Source of the DNA: Octopus sinensis
Lineage: Eukaryota
Length of the DNA stretch: 64,000 nucleotides
Reading direction: 5' to 3'
Assembly: GCF_006345805.1 (NCBI RefSeq)
Contig: NW_021831989.1
Coordinates: forward strand, 310,001 to 374,000
Each line of letters begins with the position of its first letter. The stretch's first letter is position 1. Made by a program: the position numbers and the translations under genes. The notes under the pieces are model-generated. The model was not told where the DNA came from, made no database searches, and was given only the letters and a program-made list of their open reading frames with translations. Positions 61,801-64,000 of this stretch are shown here, one piece after another.

Positions 61801-62109
61801 GCTGAATTTTTGTTCCGTTCAAAACAGCATTGATTTCAGAGTTGGATATTTTTTGATAATCGTGAATAGAGTGGTCATTTAAGGGCTTAGAATCAGCTAT
61901 TTTCAATTAAGAAAAAAACCATTGAAGCACTTTCTATTAAAAAGAACTTTAGACCAAAAATTTTTTCGAAAAATTTGAACGAAAAATTTTTATTTTAAAA
62001 GAGGCTGTTAGTAGAGGATAGATTTCGCCATTCCTGTTTTTTCAGTCCCGTACACACGCTCACCTCTCAACCGCAAACTAAGACTTACCGCCTTACCTGC
62101 CACCCAGAC

Positions 62110-63200
62110 ATTATCTTCTTTAGGACCTCGGGATGTCAGCGAGAAAAAGATTGAATAACAGCGGGCTCAGTATAGAACCCTGAGGGACACATCTTTTGAG
62201 ATCCACACTGTCCGATAGTCGGTTTCCGCACAGTACATAAGATTTCCTCTCGTTGAGATAACTCTTTAGCCATTTGAATGTTTTTTCACCTGCACCAGTC
62301 TCCAAAACTTTTTCCAGGAGTCCAAGGTGCCAGACGCAGTCAAAAGCCTTAGATAAATCCAAGCACACAGCGGTTATGCAAGATTTATTGAGTATTGCCC
62401 AAGAAAGTTCCCTTTTTAGTTCATTCAGGCAGTTTCCTGTGGATTTGCCAGGACGAAAACCCCATTGGACAACGGAAAACAGATTATTTTTTAACATGTA
62501 ATGAGAGTCTTTCAAAAATTATTTTTTCCATAATCTTCGAAAAAGTGCAGATCAGGCTTATAGGTCTGTAGTTTTCTGCTAGGAGACTTGTTTTCCAGGG
62601 TTTCGGAATCATACGAACGACTGTGCACTTCCAGGTTGGCGGAAGATAACCAAGGGTAAAACTAACGTCGAAAAGCATAGTTAGAGCCCGTAGGAGGATT
62701 TTCGGAGCCTTCTTAAGAAGGTACACAGATATGTAGTCGAATCCAGGGGGCTTGTTTTTCAGCTCTGCAATCGCTTCTTGTGTCTCTTTTTCGGTAATAG
62801 TCTCGCATAGAGGTCCATTCACAAGATTTAGAGATTCTAGCCTTGAAGTGACTTTCTCAAAGGTCTTTTGTGGAATAATTGATTCAGGTTCGACTTTTTG
62901 GGTTTTTCCCAGCTGCCTTCTTAGTTCATCAGGAACAAGATCGGAGGGAATATACTTTTCATCTTGCCTCTTTAATACAATATTGTCGCCTTTTCCTTCC
63001 GTGGTGTTCAGGTGCTGATACGCCTTCCAAAACTTTGGATTTCTCTTATCCAGCATTCGGCATTCCTTCCTCCTTATGTTTCTATTTTCTTCTTGCCATT
63101 TCTACTATCATCATCTTGAGATTGTTGATTTCAATTTTTAGCTGGTTTCTGACCCCCACGTTGGAGCATCTCCTTTTGTGATTTTGAAGGGCTGGATGGC
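62110..63200 (-). mobile_element. Jockey-like LINE RT, truncated and frameshifted
   Basis: PPGFD, YRPISL, QWGFRPGKS, LDLSKAFD and VPQGSILSPLLFN; same family as 48.2-48.9 kb. Confidence 0.92.
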
Positions 63201-64000
63201 ACAATGAAAAATACTTCAAATTTTTTTAGAAAACGAAACGAATAGTAAAGTTAGAGTCGGAAATACATTTAAGTTTGGGAATAAGAATAGGGCTAAGGAC
63301 AGTCTTTGGGATAGGGATAGGAATTAGCGTTAAGTAGAAATTTGATATGGTTAGGGATTAGTTTAGGAAGATTTTTGGTATAGTGTTCGGGATTTATTGG
63401 CCTATGAAATCATTGGTGTTAGGGTTAAGAATAGGATTTGTTTAGGTACCTAGTTTATCTAATTACCGAATAGTTAGACATGTTTTTATTCTTTTTAAAT
63501 ACGAAAAATTATATCATCTTTTTTAATCTTTGAGAGTGTATCTTTATATGAAATCCATCACTGTTAAATATCATGACAAAATGTTTCAATGATTTTCACA
63601 AATGAAGAATATGGGCTTTCAAATTTCTCTAGTATAAGAGATGGATTTGTCCCATAATCAAGCATTGTCATCTGTTCAGTATCATCCATCGAAATGACTA
63701 GTTTCTTGATGTTTGCATCCTTTAGATATATGTGCCCCTGAATAAGCACAAAAGATTCAGCTTTCTAAATTAGCCTTCGTTTGCGTAATCTGTCGTTTAT
63801 CTGTGGAATCTCCCCTTTGAGGATTTTCTTTAATTCGTTATATTCAATCTGATCTTGAACGAAGCATCTTTGGTTTGATTGTGGCATGGTTTCAACAAAT
63901 CGAAAGTAAGTGTGAAACGGGATTAAAAATGTTATGATTCTGGTACGCTGCTTAAATTATATTAAATAGATTTTATATATTATAGATATTGGAATATTAT

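Noticed and set aside
63560-64000. Minus-strand coding fragment at the window edge
   Set aside because: Stops in all frames and no recognisable domain; may be TE debris or continue outside the window.

Overview
This is an AT-rich, intron-bearing animal genome segment, not prokaryotic, in which compact genes alternate with dense and often nested transposon debris. Almost every intron I could reconstruct is a 22-31 nt GT-AG intron. Together with a motile-cilium gene (NME8-like) and metazoan-type genes, this fits a dicyemid mesozoan; that assignment is inference. Host genes, most of them fragmented or missing in the ORF track: cationic amino-acid transporter (SLC7A/CAT), DNAJC2, dysbindin, an FKBP6/shutdown-like PPIase without TPRs, arginase, MALSU1, a GALNT, CCDC93, NME8-like, a secreted two-ShKT peptide, a secreted EPN-type C-type lectin, EXOC7, an unknown conserved-looking gene, TIPIN, tRNA-Arg(TCG) and tRNA-Thr(CGT). 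Mobile DNA: Buster-type and other hAT elements with exact 8-bp TSDs, a Ginger-like integrase transposon, Tc1 (DD35E) and pogo elements, and RTE, Jockey-like, CRE and R4-like non-LTR retroelements. Three observations stand out. (1) An old Buster hAT's TSD duplicated the 3' splice acceptor of a 26-nt intron, apparently turning it into a 2.9-kb intron of an otherwise intact gene. (2) An RTE retrotransposon copy has the geometry of a twin-priming inversion. (3) A transposon gene carries host-sized mini-introns. All gene models are manual reconstructions without RNA evidence.
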